Below, piece after piece: positions 44,941 through 55,887 of a stretch of DNA of 64,000 nucleotides. Below the pieces are notes generated by a model. The model was not told the DNA's origin and ran no database searches. It saw only the letters and a program-made list of their open reading frames with translations. Location: contig CAWJTV010000040.1 in NCBI GenBank assembly GCA_963845755.1, positions 1 through 64,000 on the forward strand, read 5' to 3'. Numbering within the stretch: position 1 is the stretch's first letter; each line of letters begins with the position of its first letter. The DNA is from an uncultured Planctomycetota bacterium. Its GTDB lineage: Bacteria; Planctomycetota; Planctomycetia; Isosphaerales; Isosphaeraceae. Made by a program: the position numbers and the translations under genes.

Positions 44941-45280
44941 TTCAGCCTTCTCTCGATCAGCGACTTATCTTCGTCCTGCCCAGGCGGTGCGCCATTGGCC
45001 GCACGACGGACGTCCGCCACATCCTGCCAAGTTCGTCCGATCCATCGTCCGGGGAACAGCATCGCGTGCCCGGCCCGGGGAACGGATCAGACTACGCGCG
45101 ATCCGCGATTCCCAGGGCTGGCTAACCACTGCGGAGTGGATCGAGGAGTTCTTGACGAGTCTGACCACGGATCGGCTCGGCGAGCAGGCGACGAATCCGC
45201 TGGTTGAGGAACGCGCCGAACAGGCCACACAGCGGCTTGTTGCGGCGGGTTGGTGGTGCGCAGCGAAACCGCCGGGGTGA
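44930..45280 (+). CDS. DUF1580-like HTH protein
   Basis: GRPPHP...RG...IRLRAIR...WLTTAEWIEEFL. Confidence 0.55.
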   Translation: MALNSAFSRSATYLRPAQAVRHWPHDGRPPHPAKFVRSIVRGTASRARPGERIRLRAIRDSQGWLTTAEWIEEFLTSLTTDRLGEQATNPLVEERAEQATQRLVAAGWWCAAKPPG

Positions 45281-45544
45281 CGACCCGGCGGAACGCGATA
45301 TCGTTCGACTGTAACCCAAAAGCGAAAGGCCGATGAATCCTATCCTGAGAAGTGCTCAAGAGCAACCCCCGCCGATCGAAGATCCCGAGCCGGTCACCTG
45401 TACTGTCTGTGGGCGGGTTGCCCGTTATCGCGGTCAACGCAATCGGACCGAACTGTTTTCGTGCGAGAGCGACGGATGCGTCGTCACGATCTTCGAAGTT
45501 CATGACCCCTCCCTGGTGTCGCCCATGAGGCGGGGAGGCGGAGC

Positions 45545-46940
45545 ATGAGCGTGGCCTCCCCATCGAAAGACAGACTTGTCCGACTTTCGCTCGACGCGAT
45601 CAAACCCGCTCCCGAAAACGAGCTGGTCTACCGGCCTGTGCGTACGGACGATCCCGAGATCAGAAACCTGGCGATCAGCATCCGGGATCACGGGCTCCAG
45701 GAGCCCATCGTCATCTCGCAGGACCACTTCATCCTGAGCGGACACCGGAGGCATGCCGCATGCCGCCTCGCGGGCCTGACCGAGATCCCGTGTCGCGTAG
45801 CGGAGATCAGCCGCTACGACCCCGAGTTCGAGACGATGCTGGTCGAGTTCAATCGTCAGCGCGTCAAGGACTTCGCCGAGATCGTGCGAGAGAAGGTTGT
45901 CACGCACAATCCTGACGATGCTTACCGGGCACTCAAGGCGCACCGAGAGGAGATGTCTGCCGTTAGTGGCGATTGCCTCAAGATCGATGGGACGAAGGAA
46001 CGCAAGCGGATCAGCAGCGCAAAAACGGCCCATGCTGGACGCCGCGATCAAGGTCATCGGCGCCCAGCAAAAATACTGGCCGCTCTCGGATCGGTCGATC
46101 CATTACAACCTGCTGAACTCTCCGCCGCTACGCCATGCCGGCAAGGCTGATTCCCACTATCGGAACAATATCGATTGTTACAAGGACCTGTGTGACCTGT
46201 TGACAAGGGCTCGACTTACGGGAGAGATCCCGTTCGCGGCCATCGCGGACCCAACGCGCCCCGTCGTGATATGGGATGTGTTTGCCGAGGTCGGCGGTTT
46301 CATCCACCGTGATTTGCAGCGTTTCCTCGGCGGATACCACCGGAATCTGCAACAGAGCCAGCCTGTACATATCGAAATCGTGGGCGAGAAGAACACGATC
46401 GCGGGCTCCATCAAGGGTATAGCGGCAGAGTATTGCATCCCCTACACGCTGGGACGTGGATACTCATCATTGGACCCACGGCACCGCCTCTACCAGCGAT
46501 TCAAGAAGAGCGGGAAGCATAAGCTGGTCCTCTTGATCCTGTCCGACTTCGATCCGGAGGGGGAGGATATTGCCCATTCGTTCGCGCGATCGATGCGGGA
46601 TGATTTCGGGGTGCAGAGCGTCCACGCCAAGAAGGTCTGCCTGACCCACGAGCAGGTCTTGGAGCGAAACATCCCCAAGACCTTCGACATCAAGAAGAGC
46701 ACCTCTCGTTATCGCAAGTTCGCGGCGAGGTATGGGGACCGCGCCCACGAGTTGGAGGCACTGTCGCCTCAAGAGAGGGCGCGTCTGCTGGAGGAGGCGA
46801 TCCTCGAGGTGATGGACGTTGAGGCATCCAACGCCGAGGTTGACGCCGAGGCGGAAGACGCGGCGAAGCTCCAGGGACTTCGGGAGGCAGTCGGTCCGCT
46901 CCTGATGAGTGTCCTCTCCGGCGAGGGAGGTCTCCGGTGA
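45545..46940 (+). CDS. ParB/Srx N-terminal domain joined to a Topo VI-A/Spo11-like Toprim domain, frameshifted
   Basis: SIRDHGLQEPIV...LSGHRR; IHY, RARL, VGEK, GRGYSS, SDFDPEG. Confidence 0.75.
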
Positions 46941-49587
46941 GCACCACCCAAACCGGACCAGACGGCATCCTCAAGGGACCTGGCCCCGCCCTGCGACGCA
47001 CGGTCGAGGCGCAAGCGAGAGAGGCCACACCCGGGCAGGCTCTCTCCAGATTGAAGTCGGCGACCTAGTCACCTGGACCGACCTCGACGGACGCGAGTGG
47101 CCTCCGAGGCGTGTTCGGGAAATCTACCCAGATCAGGGCTATTGCGTGATCGAAGGCTCCGATACGGGGTTGCCGATCGAGCAATGCGTGCTCGACATCC
47201 ACCTGGCGACCGCACTCAAGGCGCTTGCCGTAGAGCTCTCCCCGGCGCTGCCTACCGAAGATGGGCTCAAGAAGCCGGATGGACCCTGGAAGCGCTACCA
47301 GACCACTCCGGCGACCGAGGCCGAGGTCAGGAGTTGGTATCGATCCCGCCGAACCGGCAACGGGCTCGTCACGGGATATGGCAACCTGGAGTGCCTGGAG
47401 TTCGACGACCACCTAATCTATGAGCGATTCCGGGAGGCCGCGAACAAACTTGGCTTCGGTGACTTGATCACCCGGATCGAGACCGGATATTCCGAGGCGA
47501 CCCCGGGCGGCGGGATTCACTGGCTATATCGATGCGAGACGCTGGACGGCAACACCAAGTTGGCAGAGCGTCCGAACCCGACCGAGAAGGATCCGGACGG
47601 ACGCAAGCCCCTGATCGAGACACGCGGTATCGGCGGGTTCGTCGTGACGGCGCCGAGCAACGGCAAGGTGCACCCCAGCGGCGGGGCCTACAAGTTTCTC
47701 TCAGGCGGACTCGACTCCATCGCCACGATCTCGTCGGAGGAACGAGAGGCTCTCTTCCTGCTAGCCAGGACGTTTGACGAGATTCCGGATCCGGTGGAGG
47801 CGGAGCCGTCGCCGTGGGCGATGCAGGTCCCGCACAGCCATCCCACCCAGGGCGTTTCTCCGCTCGACGACTTCAAGGCTCGCGCGAGGCTGGCGGACAT
47901 TATCGAGCCGTTCGGGTGGCAGAAGGTCTTCACGAGTGGCGGGGTCGAATACTGCGCAGGCCCGACAAGGATCGAGGGTGGAGCGCCGACGTGGGGCAAA
48001 ACCAAGGGTTTTCGCGTCTTCACGTCATCGACGCCCCTCGAGGCCAAGAGCCTGTCGCTGCCGTATGTGTACTGCAAACTGAAGCACAACGGCGATTGGA
48101 AGGCATGCGTCAAGGACCTAGCACAACAGGGTTTCGGGACGTGGATCGACGATCAGGGCGAAGAAAAGCAGAATCCCGCCCCCTCGAGCTCGAGACGCAA
48201 CGGTCAGCATCAAGCCGGCAGCAAGGCGCAGGCGACGCCAGGCTCTAACCCGAAGCCGAGTCCCAACGGGACCGGACAAACGCTTGTCGTTTTGACAGAA
48301 CCCGACATCGAGGACGTCGAGATACTCGATCACTGGCCGCGGATCGACCCGAAAGCCTTCCATGGATTCGCGGGTGAGCTGGTCGCGATGGTCGAGCCGC
48401 ATACCGAGGCGGACCCGGTCGCGATCCTGATGCAATTCCTCGTGGGGTTCGGCAATGCGATCGGGCGGGAAGCTCACTTTTCTGTCGGGGCGACCCGCCA
48501 CTACCTCAATCTGTTCATCGCTTTGATCGGGGCAACGGCAGTCGGACGCAAGGGAACCTCGTGGGACATCATCTCGTGGTTCCTAGCCCTGGCGGATCTC
48601 GTCTGGGCGGCAGACAGGATTCAGGGCGGACTCGTGAGCGGCGAAGGGCTCATCTACCATGTCCGCGATGCCGTTTGGGAAGAACGAGAGACCAAGGACA
48701 AGAAAACCGGGACCACGACCAAGGATTTGGTATGCACGGACGCAGGGGTGGCGGACAAGCGGCTCCTCGTGGTCGAGACGGAAATGGGCCGAATGTTGAA
48801 AGCGATGAACCGCGAAACCAATACCCTCAGCGACGTCATCCGACAAGCATGGGATACTGGTCAGCTTCGGACTCTCGGTAAGCATGCCCCGGCAAAGGCG
48901 ACCAACGCCCATGTCTCCCTGGTCTGCCATGCGACCCAAGCTGACATCCGAAAGCACCTGACCGAGACGGATTCCGCCAACGGCTTCGCGAATCGTTTCT
49001 GGTGGATAAGCTCGCGCCGCTCCAAGGTCCTACCAGACGGCGGGGATCTGGGGGCGATCGAGTGGACGCCCATGCAAGAACGACTGATTCGAATAGTCGA
49101 GTTCGCCAGAGAGCCGAAGCGGCGGATGACCCGCGACACCAGGGCGTCCAAAGCCTGGCACGCGATCTACGAGGAATTGTCGTCTGGACGACCCGGGTTG
49201 GTCGGCAAGATCCTCAGCCGGGCCGAGGCGCAGGTCATGCGGGCGGCGTGCCTCTATGCACTGCTCGACATGGCCGATCAGGTCAGGATTCTCCATCTCG
49301 AGGCCGCGGTTGCGGCGTGGGAATTCAACGAAGCATCGACCCGATTGATCTTCGGAGAAGGAATGGGCGATCCCGACGCCGAGAAGCTCTTGAAGGGGCT
49401 GAAGGAGAATCCCCAGGGGCTAACCCGATCCCAGATCAACGCCGACATTTTTAAGCGTAACAAGAAGGCGAGCGAACTCGGGGCGCTCTTGTCTGACATG
49501 CTCACCCAAGGTCTCATCCATCGAAAAACCGACCAGAGCACAGGGGGTCGAGCGGCGGAGCGGTGGTACTTCGGGAGGGGCGTGTGA
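46909..49587 (+). CDS. Bifunctional primase-polymerase + DUF3987/helicase-like replication protein; start uncertain
   Basis: WKRYQ, LECLEFD, TPGGGIHW, ETRGIGGFVVTAPS; GRKGTSW, SGEGL, NGFANRF. Confidence 0.85.
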   Translation: MSSPAREVSGEHHPNRTRRHPQGTWPRPATHGRGASERGHTRAGSLQIEVGDLVTWTDLDGREWPPRRVREIYPDQGYCVIEGSDTGLPIEQCVLDIHLATALKALAVELSPALPTEDGLKKPDGPWKRYQTTPATEAEVRSWYRSRRTGNGLVTGYGNLECLEFDDHLIYERFREAANKLGFGDLITRIETGYSEATPGGGIHWLYRCETLDGNTKLAERPNPTEKDPDGRKPLIETRGIGGFVVTAPSNGKVHPSGGAYKFLSGGLDSIATISSEEREALFLLARTFDEIPDPVEAEPSPWAMQVPHSHPTQGVSPLDDFKARARLADIIEPFGWQKVFTSGGVEYCAGPTRIEGGAPTWGKTKGFRVFTSSTPLEAKSLSLPYVYCKLKHNGDWKACVKDLAQQGFGTWIDDQGEEKQNPAPSSSRRNGQHQAGSKAQATPGSNPKPSPNGTGQTLVVLTEPDIEDVEILDHWPRIDPKAFHGFAGELVAMVEPHTEADPVAILMQFLVGFGNAIGREAHFSVGATRHYLNLFIALIGATAVGRKGTSWDIISWFLALADLVWAADRIQGGLVSGEGLIYHVRDAVWEERETKDKKTGTTTKDLVCTDAGVADKRLLVVETEMGRMLKAMNRETNTLSDVIRQAWDTGQLRTLGKHAPAKATNAHVSLVCHATQADIRKHLTETDSANGFANRFWWISSRRSKVLPDGGDLGAIEWTPMQERLIRIVEFAREPKRRMTRDTRASKAWHAIYEELSSGRPGLVGKILSRAEAQVMRAACLYALLDMADQVRILHLEAAVAAWEFNEASTRLIFGEGMGDPDAEKLLKGLKENPQGLTRSQINADIFKRNKKASELGALLSDMLTQGLIHRKTDQSTGGRAAERWYFGRGV

Positions 49588-50164
49588 TGGGTTACGAAAG
49601 AAGTCTTCATCGTACGAAAAAAGTCCCCTCAGGCATGGTGTCTGCCCAGACTTCTTTCGTACGCCACGAAGTAAGTGGGACCGATCATCGAGATGGCGTC
49701 GTTTTCGATCACCAGGACGGCAGCGCGCTGCGGGTTGCGGAGGGTGTGGCGCGATGGGCGCGTACACCAGCACCACTCGGCACGTTGCGAAAAGCGCGGA
49801 GTCCATTCGAACCTGGAGTTGAGCGTGGCAAAGCCCGGAACGGACGAGCCGGCCAGGCGTTCGCGCTTGTTGAGTCCGGCGTGGTGGCCGGGGCCACCGC
49901 CAATTCCTCGCTGCGAACCGTCACGGGCCGCAAACAGGATGACCAGGCCGCCGAGACGAAGCCCCCCGCAGGAAGCTGCTCGCGGATTCTGGATCAGAGC
50001 CTGGAGCCAACGCGAGCCCGCCCTTCAAGGAACCGGCCGCTCGAGTGACCCAGCACGGTGGCTGGGTTGGCTCAAGGGTGGGCTGGACGATCCCCACCAC
50101 TCACGCCGAAACCACTCTCATCGCGTCGAACACCCGATCCGGACGTTGGCGTACCGCGATTTGG

Positions 50165-50935
50165 TCACTCGTCGGTCGAATCGGGATCTTTGTCTTTCAT
50201 GCGATAACTGTCTCCTTGAATCACGATCCCCTCCCCGTGATGCATCAGCCGGTCGATCAAGGCCGTGGCCAGGGTGTTGTCCACATCGAAGAGTTTGCCC
50301 CATTCCCGGAACGGTCGATTCGTGGTGATCACGATCGATCCCACTTCATAACGGGCGGCGACAACCTGGAACAACAAATCGGCCCCACGCTTGTCGATGG
50401 GCAGATAGCCCAGCTCATCAAGGAGGAGAAGACTGGGACGGACATAACTTCGGAGCGTTTTGCCCAGCGACCCATTGAGCTGGGCCGCGGTCAGATGATT
50501 GATCATGTCCACCACACGCGTATGGCGAACCGAATGGCCACGCTCAACGGCTGTGTAACCCAGTGCCGTGAGAAGATGGGACTTGCCCGTTCCGGTCGGC
50601 CCAATCAGAACGGCACAGCCGTGCTGCTCGATGAAGTCGCAGTCGAACAAGCGCACGATCGCGGCCTTGGGGATTCGCTTGGGGAACCTGAAGTCGTATT
50701 CAGCCAGGGTCTTTGGCTTGGGAAGCCGCGCCTCACGCAGCCGACGCTCCAGAGCTCGTTGCTCACGGGCGGCCTGTTCAGCCCCGATCAGGATCGCCAG
50801 AACTTCCAAGAAGGAGCTCCCTTTGCGAGCGGCTTCGTCGAGGACGTCGCGGTAGCTCTTGGCGATCTCTCACAGCTTCAATTCGGCCAGGTCGCGGTCG
50901 AGCCGTGCCTGGAGATTATCCTCACGCCGTGCCAT
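50165..50935 (-). CDS. istB: IS21 AAA+ helper ATPase, frameshifted near the 5' end
   Basis: GPTGTGKSHL, LLLLDELGY, ITTN, ALIDRLMHH, GDSYR. Confidence 0.93.
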
Positions 50936-52432
50936 CAGAGTCCTCGTCGCTGGTGTTACAGAAGCGGTCGTAAATGCCGGGATCCGTCGGTTCCAAATCG
51001 ATCTCGTCAATCAATTCGCGCCGTTTGGGAGTCGGCAGTGTGGGTGTGGGAAGCTGCCGGCGCCGCCGCTCCGCCAGGAGAAGGTTCTCGACGTAGGCCG
51101 CGTCATAGGCCGCCAGCTCCAGGGCCCGGGCGATGGCCGAGACCACCTCGGCCGTGCCGTAGACGCGCGCCAGACCCAGCAAGCGTCGCAGATGGACCCC
51201 CGTCTGCACCGGCTGGCGGTTCAGGCCGAGGTGGAACTGCCGAGCCTCGGGGCCGAGGGCATCAAAGGCCTGTTCCAGCGCCGAGCTCGGCGACCGCCGG
51301 CCCATACTCAGTGCCGCGGTGCGGTGCTCGGGCAGCACGATCAGTTGCCGGCGCCCGTAGCAGCGGGAATGCCGGGCCACGACTTGGCCCTGGTGCACGA
51401 TGCCGACTTCCTGACCGTCGGCGCGAATCGTGACCGTCTGCCGCGCCAGGTGCGGCGGCACCGAGTAACGGTTCGCATCGAACTTGACCCGCGCATGGGG
51501 ACTGGCAACCGCCAGCACGATCTCGGCGGTGTCAAACGGGATCGTGGGAAGTGCGCGGAGCCGCGATCGCTCGTGATGAAACCGGTCTACCGGGCGTTCT
51601 CGAGTCGTCTCATGAATCCGGACGTTGGCAATCTCGTCGCGCCACCGGGGTGCCAGCGCGAGGTAGTCCTCGAAGCGGACGAGCTCGTCGCTGCGACCGG
51701 CCAGGGCGTTTCGTTTCACGTAGCGCACGCCCCCTTCGACAATCCCCTGGGATTCCGGATCGCGCCGTTGGCAGGCGATCGGCTGCAAGTAGTAGTGGCC
51801 GCAGAGCGCCAGGAACTCGGGATGGAAGCAGGCCGCGCGGCCGGAGCCATTGATCACGGCCGCTTTCAAGTTGTCGAAGATGATGGCACGGGGACTGCCA
51901 CCAAAGAACTCCAGGGCGTGCACCAGGCCGCGATAGAATTCCGCCTTGCGCTGCGAGAGGGTGAATTCGATGTAGGTCATCCGGCTGTAGCAGAGGACGG
52001 CCACCAAGACCGAGACCTTGCGGGTCGTGGTCCCGAGTTGGACGTGGCCGCATTCGCCCCAGTCGACCTGCATGGCCTGAGCCGGTTCGTAGTGGACTTC
52101 TTGATAGACGCGACCGCGCGGGGCGAAGGGACCGCACGTAGCGGCGGACGGTAATCACGCTGCCGGTGTAGCCATTGGGACCGCGAGCGATCTCCTCGTG
52201 GACGCGCACCGCCGACAGCTCGGGATACTGGGCCAGCAGGGCGTCGATCTTGGACTTGTAGGGGTCCAAGGAACTGACACGGCAGGGGTCGCGGTGAGTG
52301 GGAGGCTGCTGCAACTGGAGGCGCTCGAGCGACCGTGCGGCAGGAACAGTGAAGTCGCCCGGCGATGGCCCGAGCGGAGAGGTTCTCGATCTCGGCCAGG
52401 CGACGAATCTCGGCCCACAAGGCCACCTTCAT
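50922..52432 (-). CDS. istA: IS21 DDE transposase, frameshifted
   Basis: N-terminal HTH, LDPYK, QVDWG, FDNLK, GIVEGGV, RIHETT, NRYSVP. Confidence 0.92.
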
Positions 52433-52842
52433 GGCTGACTCCTTTCCTTGTCAAGAGGTGTCGACGCGATAGCCTGGCGCAGGATATCGCCCAGTTGCAT
52501 CAGCCCGCCGCCGGGCTCGGATCTGCGGCGTTGACAGCGCGGAGGCAAGGAAAGGACCTGGGTTAACGGCGGTTCGTAGGCGATCAGGTCGTAGGCCAAA
52601 AGCTCGTCACGGGCCTGGAGCAAGCTGGGCAGGGGGATGCGCAACCGAGCGGCCAGGGTGCCATCGCTGTAGAAGGACAGGCCGTTGACATCGGCCACGG
52701 CTGACAGAAAGAAGTACAACAGCACGGCCTCGCGTGAGAGCTGGTCCATGTGCTCGCGCACGAAGCGACCGTCGAGCCAGGACCAACCGGTTGCGGGAGG
52801 CCGCCGCAGTCGGTGGGGAACCAGAATGCGCTTGGGTATCAT
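52429..52842 (-). CDS. IS-borne wHTH-like accessory protein, translationally coupled to istA
   Basis: WSWLD, LLYFFL.AVAD..GLSFY, ARDEL...DLIA, QVLSL; homolog at 60906-61315. Confidence 0.75.
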   Translation of the reverse strand: MIPKRILVPHRLRRPPATGWSWLDGRFVREHMDQLSREAVLLYFFLSAVADVNGLSFYSDGTLAARLRIPLPSLLQARDELLAYDLIAYEPPLTQVLSLPPRCQRRRSEPGGGLMQLGDILRQAIASTPLDKERSQP

Positions 52843-52939
52843 GCTGGGGCTCCTGGGGGTGAACAACAGGATGCCCAGGCTAAAGCAGTCTGCCGGTACC
52901 ACGCGATAATTGACGACCGGCGCCTTGGGGGAAGGGTCG

Positions 52940-53517
52940 TCATAGCGGCGGTGACCGGGGTGGCCGATCGGTGGTGTCTTGCTGACACCGGGATCGATTG
53001 CGGTGTGCGGCCTGGTATTCGATGGCGCGCTTGTTCCGGCCATCCAAGGTGCCGCGAGCGAGCCACTTACGTTCGCGGTCCCGGACGTTGCGAACGGCCT
53101 GACGGCAGGCGGTGCCGCAGTAGCGAGCCGGGTTGCGCGATGAGTTCACCGGGGGTTGGTAGCAGCCAGGCCGATCGCAGAAGGGGTGGGGGAAAAATTT
53201 TCTGCTGCGTGACCACGCGCAGGCGCAACGTCCGGGTTCTCAATAGCTTTGGGCGTGGCTTTGGCTTGCTGGCGGCGCTGTTTCTCGGCCTGGGCATGCT
53301 GGGCTTTGGCGCGGGCGTCTTGGCGGCGTTTTGCCTGGCGGCGAGCCGCTTGCCAACGGCGGACTTCCCGCAGGCATTCCGGGTCCTGGCAGTAGCGCTG
53401 GTTCCAGCATCGCGGCTGGTACTTGCGTCGGCAACCTTTGCGCAGGCAGATCCGTGGGCGCGGTCGGCGGCCTCTGGGCAGACGGCGGTATCGTTTCGTA
53501 ACGTGAGGAGTGCCCAC
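52940..53517 (-). CDS. IS-borne basic protein with two Cys4 Zn modules joined by a -1 frameshift
   Basis: CLRKGC...YCQDPEC, then CDRPGC...YCGTAC; homolog at 60231-60810. Confidence 0.7.
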
Positions 53518-53622
53518 GGGAGCGGCTACTCTCGAGGGAAAAGCTCGGGGAGAATGTTGATCGCGTTCTCCTCGAGCGCTATTCCAACGCAGACCCGACG
53601 CTGACATGCCAGTATATCGTCT

Positions 53623-53777
53623 TCTCGAGAACAAGGACGGCAAGACAAACGGTCAGAAGTGCCGCGCTGGGAACCAGACGAAGGCGCTGCCGTTGAAGCG
53701 ATCGCCCTCTCGAGAACGAGAACGGAGAGACAAACGGTCAGAAGTGCCGCGCTGGGAACCAGACGAAGGCGCTGCCG
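53623..53777. repeat. 85-bp-period direct repeat inside the IS21 copy A end
   Basis: tctcgagaac...agacaaacggtcagaagtgccgcgctgggaaccagacgaaggcgctgccg occurs twice (53623, 53708). Confidence 0.85.
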
Positions 53778-53819
53778 GTCCAATGATCGAAAGCGCTGCC
53801 GAATCAAAGATCGGTCCCA

Positions 53820-54046
53820 CCGGATTGGCTTCCGCCTTCGAGATGGTGACCAGACGGCTGTTGACGCCGGTCCCGCTGGCCTTGAAGGCGTCGGGTGGTA
53901 GCTGCTCCGATTCTCCTCCGACCTCATCGAGCCAGTCGCGGAATCCCTGGTCAGCCCAACGGAAGAACGGCCCCTCGCTCATGATGGCGACCAGCCGGCC
54001 GCCCGGCTTGAGCATCCCGTAGGCGTGCTGGACCTGGGCTACGTCT
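53820..54046 (-). pseudogene. C-terminal remnant of a class I SAM-dependent (DNA) methyltransferase
   Basis: HAYGMLKPGGRLVAIMS...LPPDAFKASGTGV. Confidence 0.65.
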
Positions 54047-54175
54047 GCGGAAGTACCCGTTCACACCCTGGTCAACAGTTGTAAGATACCTGGTTTTCAG
54101 GCATCAGGAAATATCAATGCTAGTCTATGTGACATTCGGCATCGAAACCGCCGATTACCCCGTCGGAACGCGATG

Positions 54176-54479
54176 ACTCGTTCCCACGCTCCGCGTGGGA
54201 ATGCCGTCTGCGACGCTCGGCGTCGTCCTCTTCGAAGTCAGGCCTCCGAGAATCCTTGGGACCGACGCGATGATGAGCCAGAAGTTGAGCGCCATCTCCG
54301 AGAACCCGCTGGAGCGGGGCTCCCCTTCGATCCGACGCCTGGGAGATCCTCCGACGCCCGCAACCCTGCCGAGACGGAGTCCTGGGTTTCGGTGACAACC
54401 GACGGGTCACTGGAAATCCAAGACGAAGACGACGCGGAGCGTCGCAGACGGCATTCCCACGCCGAGCGTGGGAACGAGT
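54176..54479. repeat. REP/REPIN-like element: two inverted ~55-bp units, each with an internal hairpin
   Basis: ACTCGTTCCCACGCTCCGCGTGGGAATGCCGTCTGCGACGCTC... and its reverse complement ending at 54479. Confidence 0.8.
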
Positions 54480-54628
54480 GATAATCTCGGAAAATTGTCA
54501 ACCGAGGTGTGAACGCGTACACCGGTTAAACGAGCGCAACAAAGTCTGCAAATGCAGATCTGATCAACTTTCCTGGAAAGGCCAGTCTTGATTAGAACCC
54601 GGCCACCGGACTTGCTCATGAGGCGGCC

Positions 54629-55033
54629 CTAGATACTGAGACCCAGATAATCACAAAGGAGGTCCCGATTGCACAAGTGGTTGGCGACCCAGTCCAGTTG
54701 ACTGTCGGTGAGGCCGTGGCGTCGGGCAACCTGCCGAAAGCGCCGGTTGATTTCAGCGTGCGCAAGGTCCAGGTCCCGCCTTTTGCGACCAAAACCATAA
54801 CCGGAAAAGACCTCTGGTCCCTCATCCCAGATATCCAGGGCTGCCCGCCACGCAACGTCCGTGGGTATCGAGGCGGGTATCTTCGGAAAGGCGACTCGGG
54901 GCCGAAGCTTCTGACCCTCGGGCTTCGCGACGGACTTCGAGTGCTTTGGTTCCCCGGCCGGGGGATCTGAACCGCGCACCGAGTGCCGAGTCTGGCACGG
55001 CAACAAAGCCAAGAGCACCATCACGTGATACAT
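54629..55033 (-). CDS. Secreted hypothetical protein
   Basis: Signal-peptide-like N-terminus. Confidence 0.4.
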   Translation of the reverse strand: MYHVMVLLALLPCQTRHSVRGSDPPAGEPKHSKSVAKPEGQKLRPRVAFPKIPASIPTDVAWRAALDIWDEGPEVFSGYGFGRKRRDLDLAHAEINRRFRQVARRHGLTDSQLDWVANHLCNRDLLCDYLGLSI

Positions 55034-55462
55034 GGCTACTTGTCACAGTTGCATGTCAAGAAATCTGCCCTTACGCTTCCATGCCCGCTGATTCGACGTT
55101 GGCAATGTGCCACAGGATTCTAAACACGGTGCCGGGACTGCTGGGCAGTCTCATTCTTCCCGAAAACATACGAGAGTACCCAGCCAAGTGGCAGGGGGAG
55201 ATAGGCGGGTTTCTCGGGTCTCCATGTTCCGTCGAGCCGCACCGTGAGTTTTGATCGCTCTCCCGAGAACCCTATCCGATGCACCGCTATGAGGAACCTG
55301 GGTGCGATGGAAGCATCGGGCTCGGACAGACGTGAGAAGCCAACTAGGCAGCTTCATAGAGCACCTCCTTTCACGCAAGAGTGAGGTGATGCCACGCCGC
55401 CAATCATCTATTCGATACCCGGGGACGAGTACTAAGAAATAGGCCCGCGGTTAAACGGCCGG

Positions 55463-55562
55463 ATGAAAATCGCCACCTACAACGTCAACTGAATCGGAGC
55501 GAGGCTGCCGGTGCTCCAGAAGTGCCTCGCGTCCTCGAAGCCGGATGTCGCCTGCCTTCAAT
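55463..55562 (+). pseudogene. xth: 5' remnant of exodeoxyribonuclease III
   Basis: MKIATYNVN*IGARLPVL...PDVACLQ with an internal stop. Confidence 0.7.
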
Positions 55563-55887
55563 GTCTCACTTTGGGATCTAAAATCCCGCGCCTCCCAGGC
55601 GACCACTTCCAGTACGTCGAAGTGAGCTTGGCCGGTCGCACCGGCTGAGGATTTCGGTGGTCATCGAGCGGGCGAAGGAGCTTGCATCTTGGCCTTCTCC
55701 GGGTCCCATATCAGTCGGACTTCGAGCCGACTGTCGAACCCACCCGCTTCCAGCCGGTGGTCTTTCAGTTCCATCCGTGTCCCACCGCTTGTAGCACAGA
55801 CTTCCGAGGATATCATTGGTTAGCCTCAGCAGTCGCTACGTTGGGTGTCCCCCGTATTTTAGTTGGCACAAAGCGAGGAGCGAATGG

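Larger units (their letters stand above)
42130..49675 (+). mobile_element. Integrative satellite/PICI-like element at tRNA-Ile, cut on the right by IS21
   Basis: Gene order int - HTH - DUF1580-like - ParB/Toprim - primase/DUF3987; no attR found in the window. Confidence 0.7.
49676..53819 (-). mobile_element. Extended IS21-family element, copy A (~4.14 kb)
   Basis: TG...CA ends with ~43-bp imperfect IRs (TGGGACCGATC...); istA, istB and two accessory genes; no target duplication visible. Confidence 0.88.

Noticed and set aside
50399..50416. GGGCAGATAGCCCAG resembling the tRNA-Phe 5' end (possible att)
   Set aside because: It is the antisense of the conserved istB codons ELGYLPI and also occurs in copy B.
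53623..53777. Repeat pair as a mini CRISPR array
   Set aside because: The units are ~70 bp, the spacer regions are themselves similar, and they lie in an IS end with a homolog in copy B.
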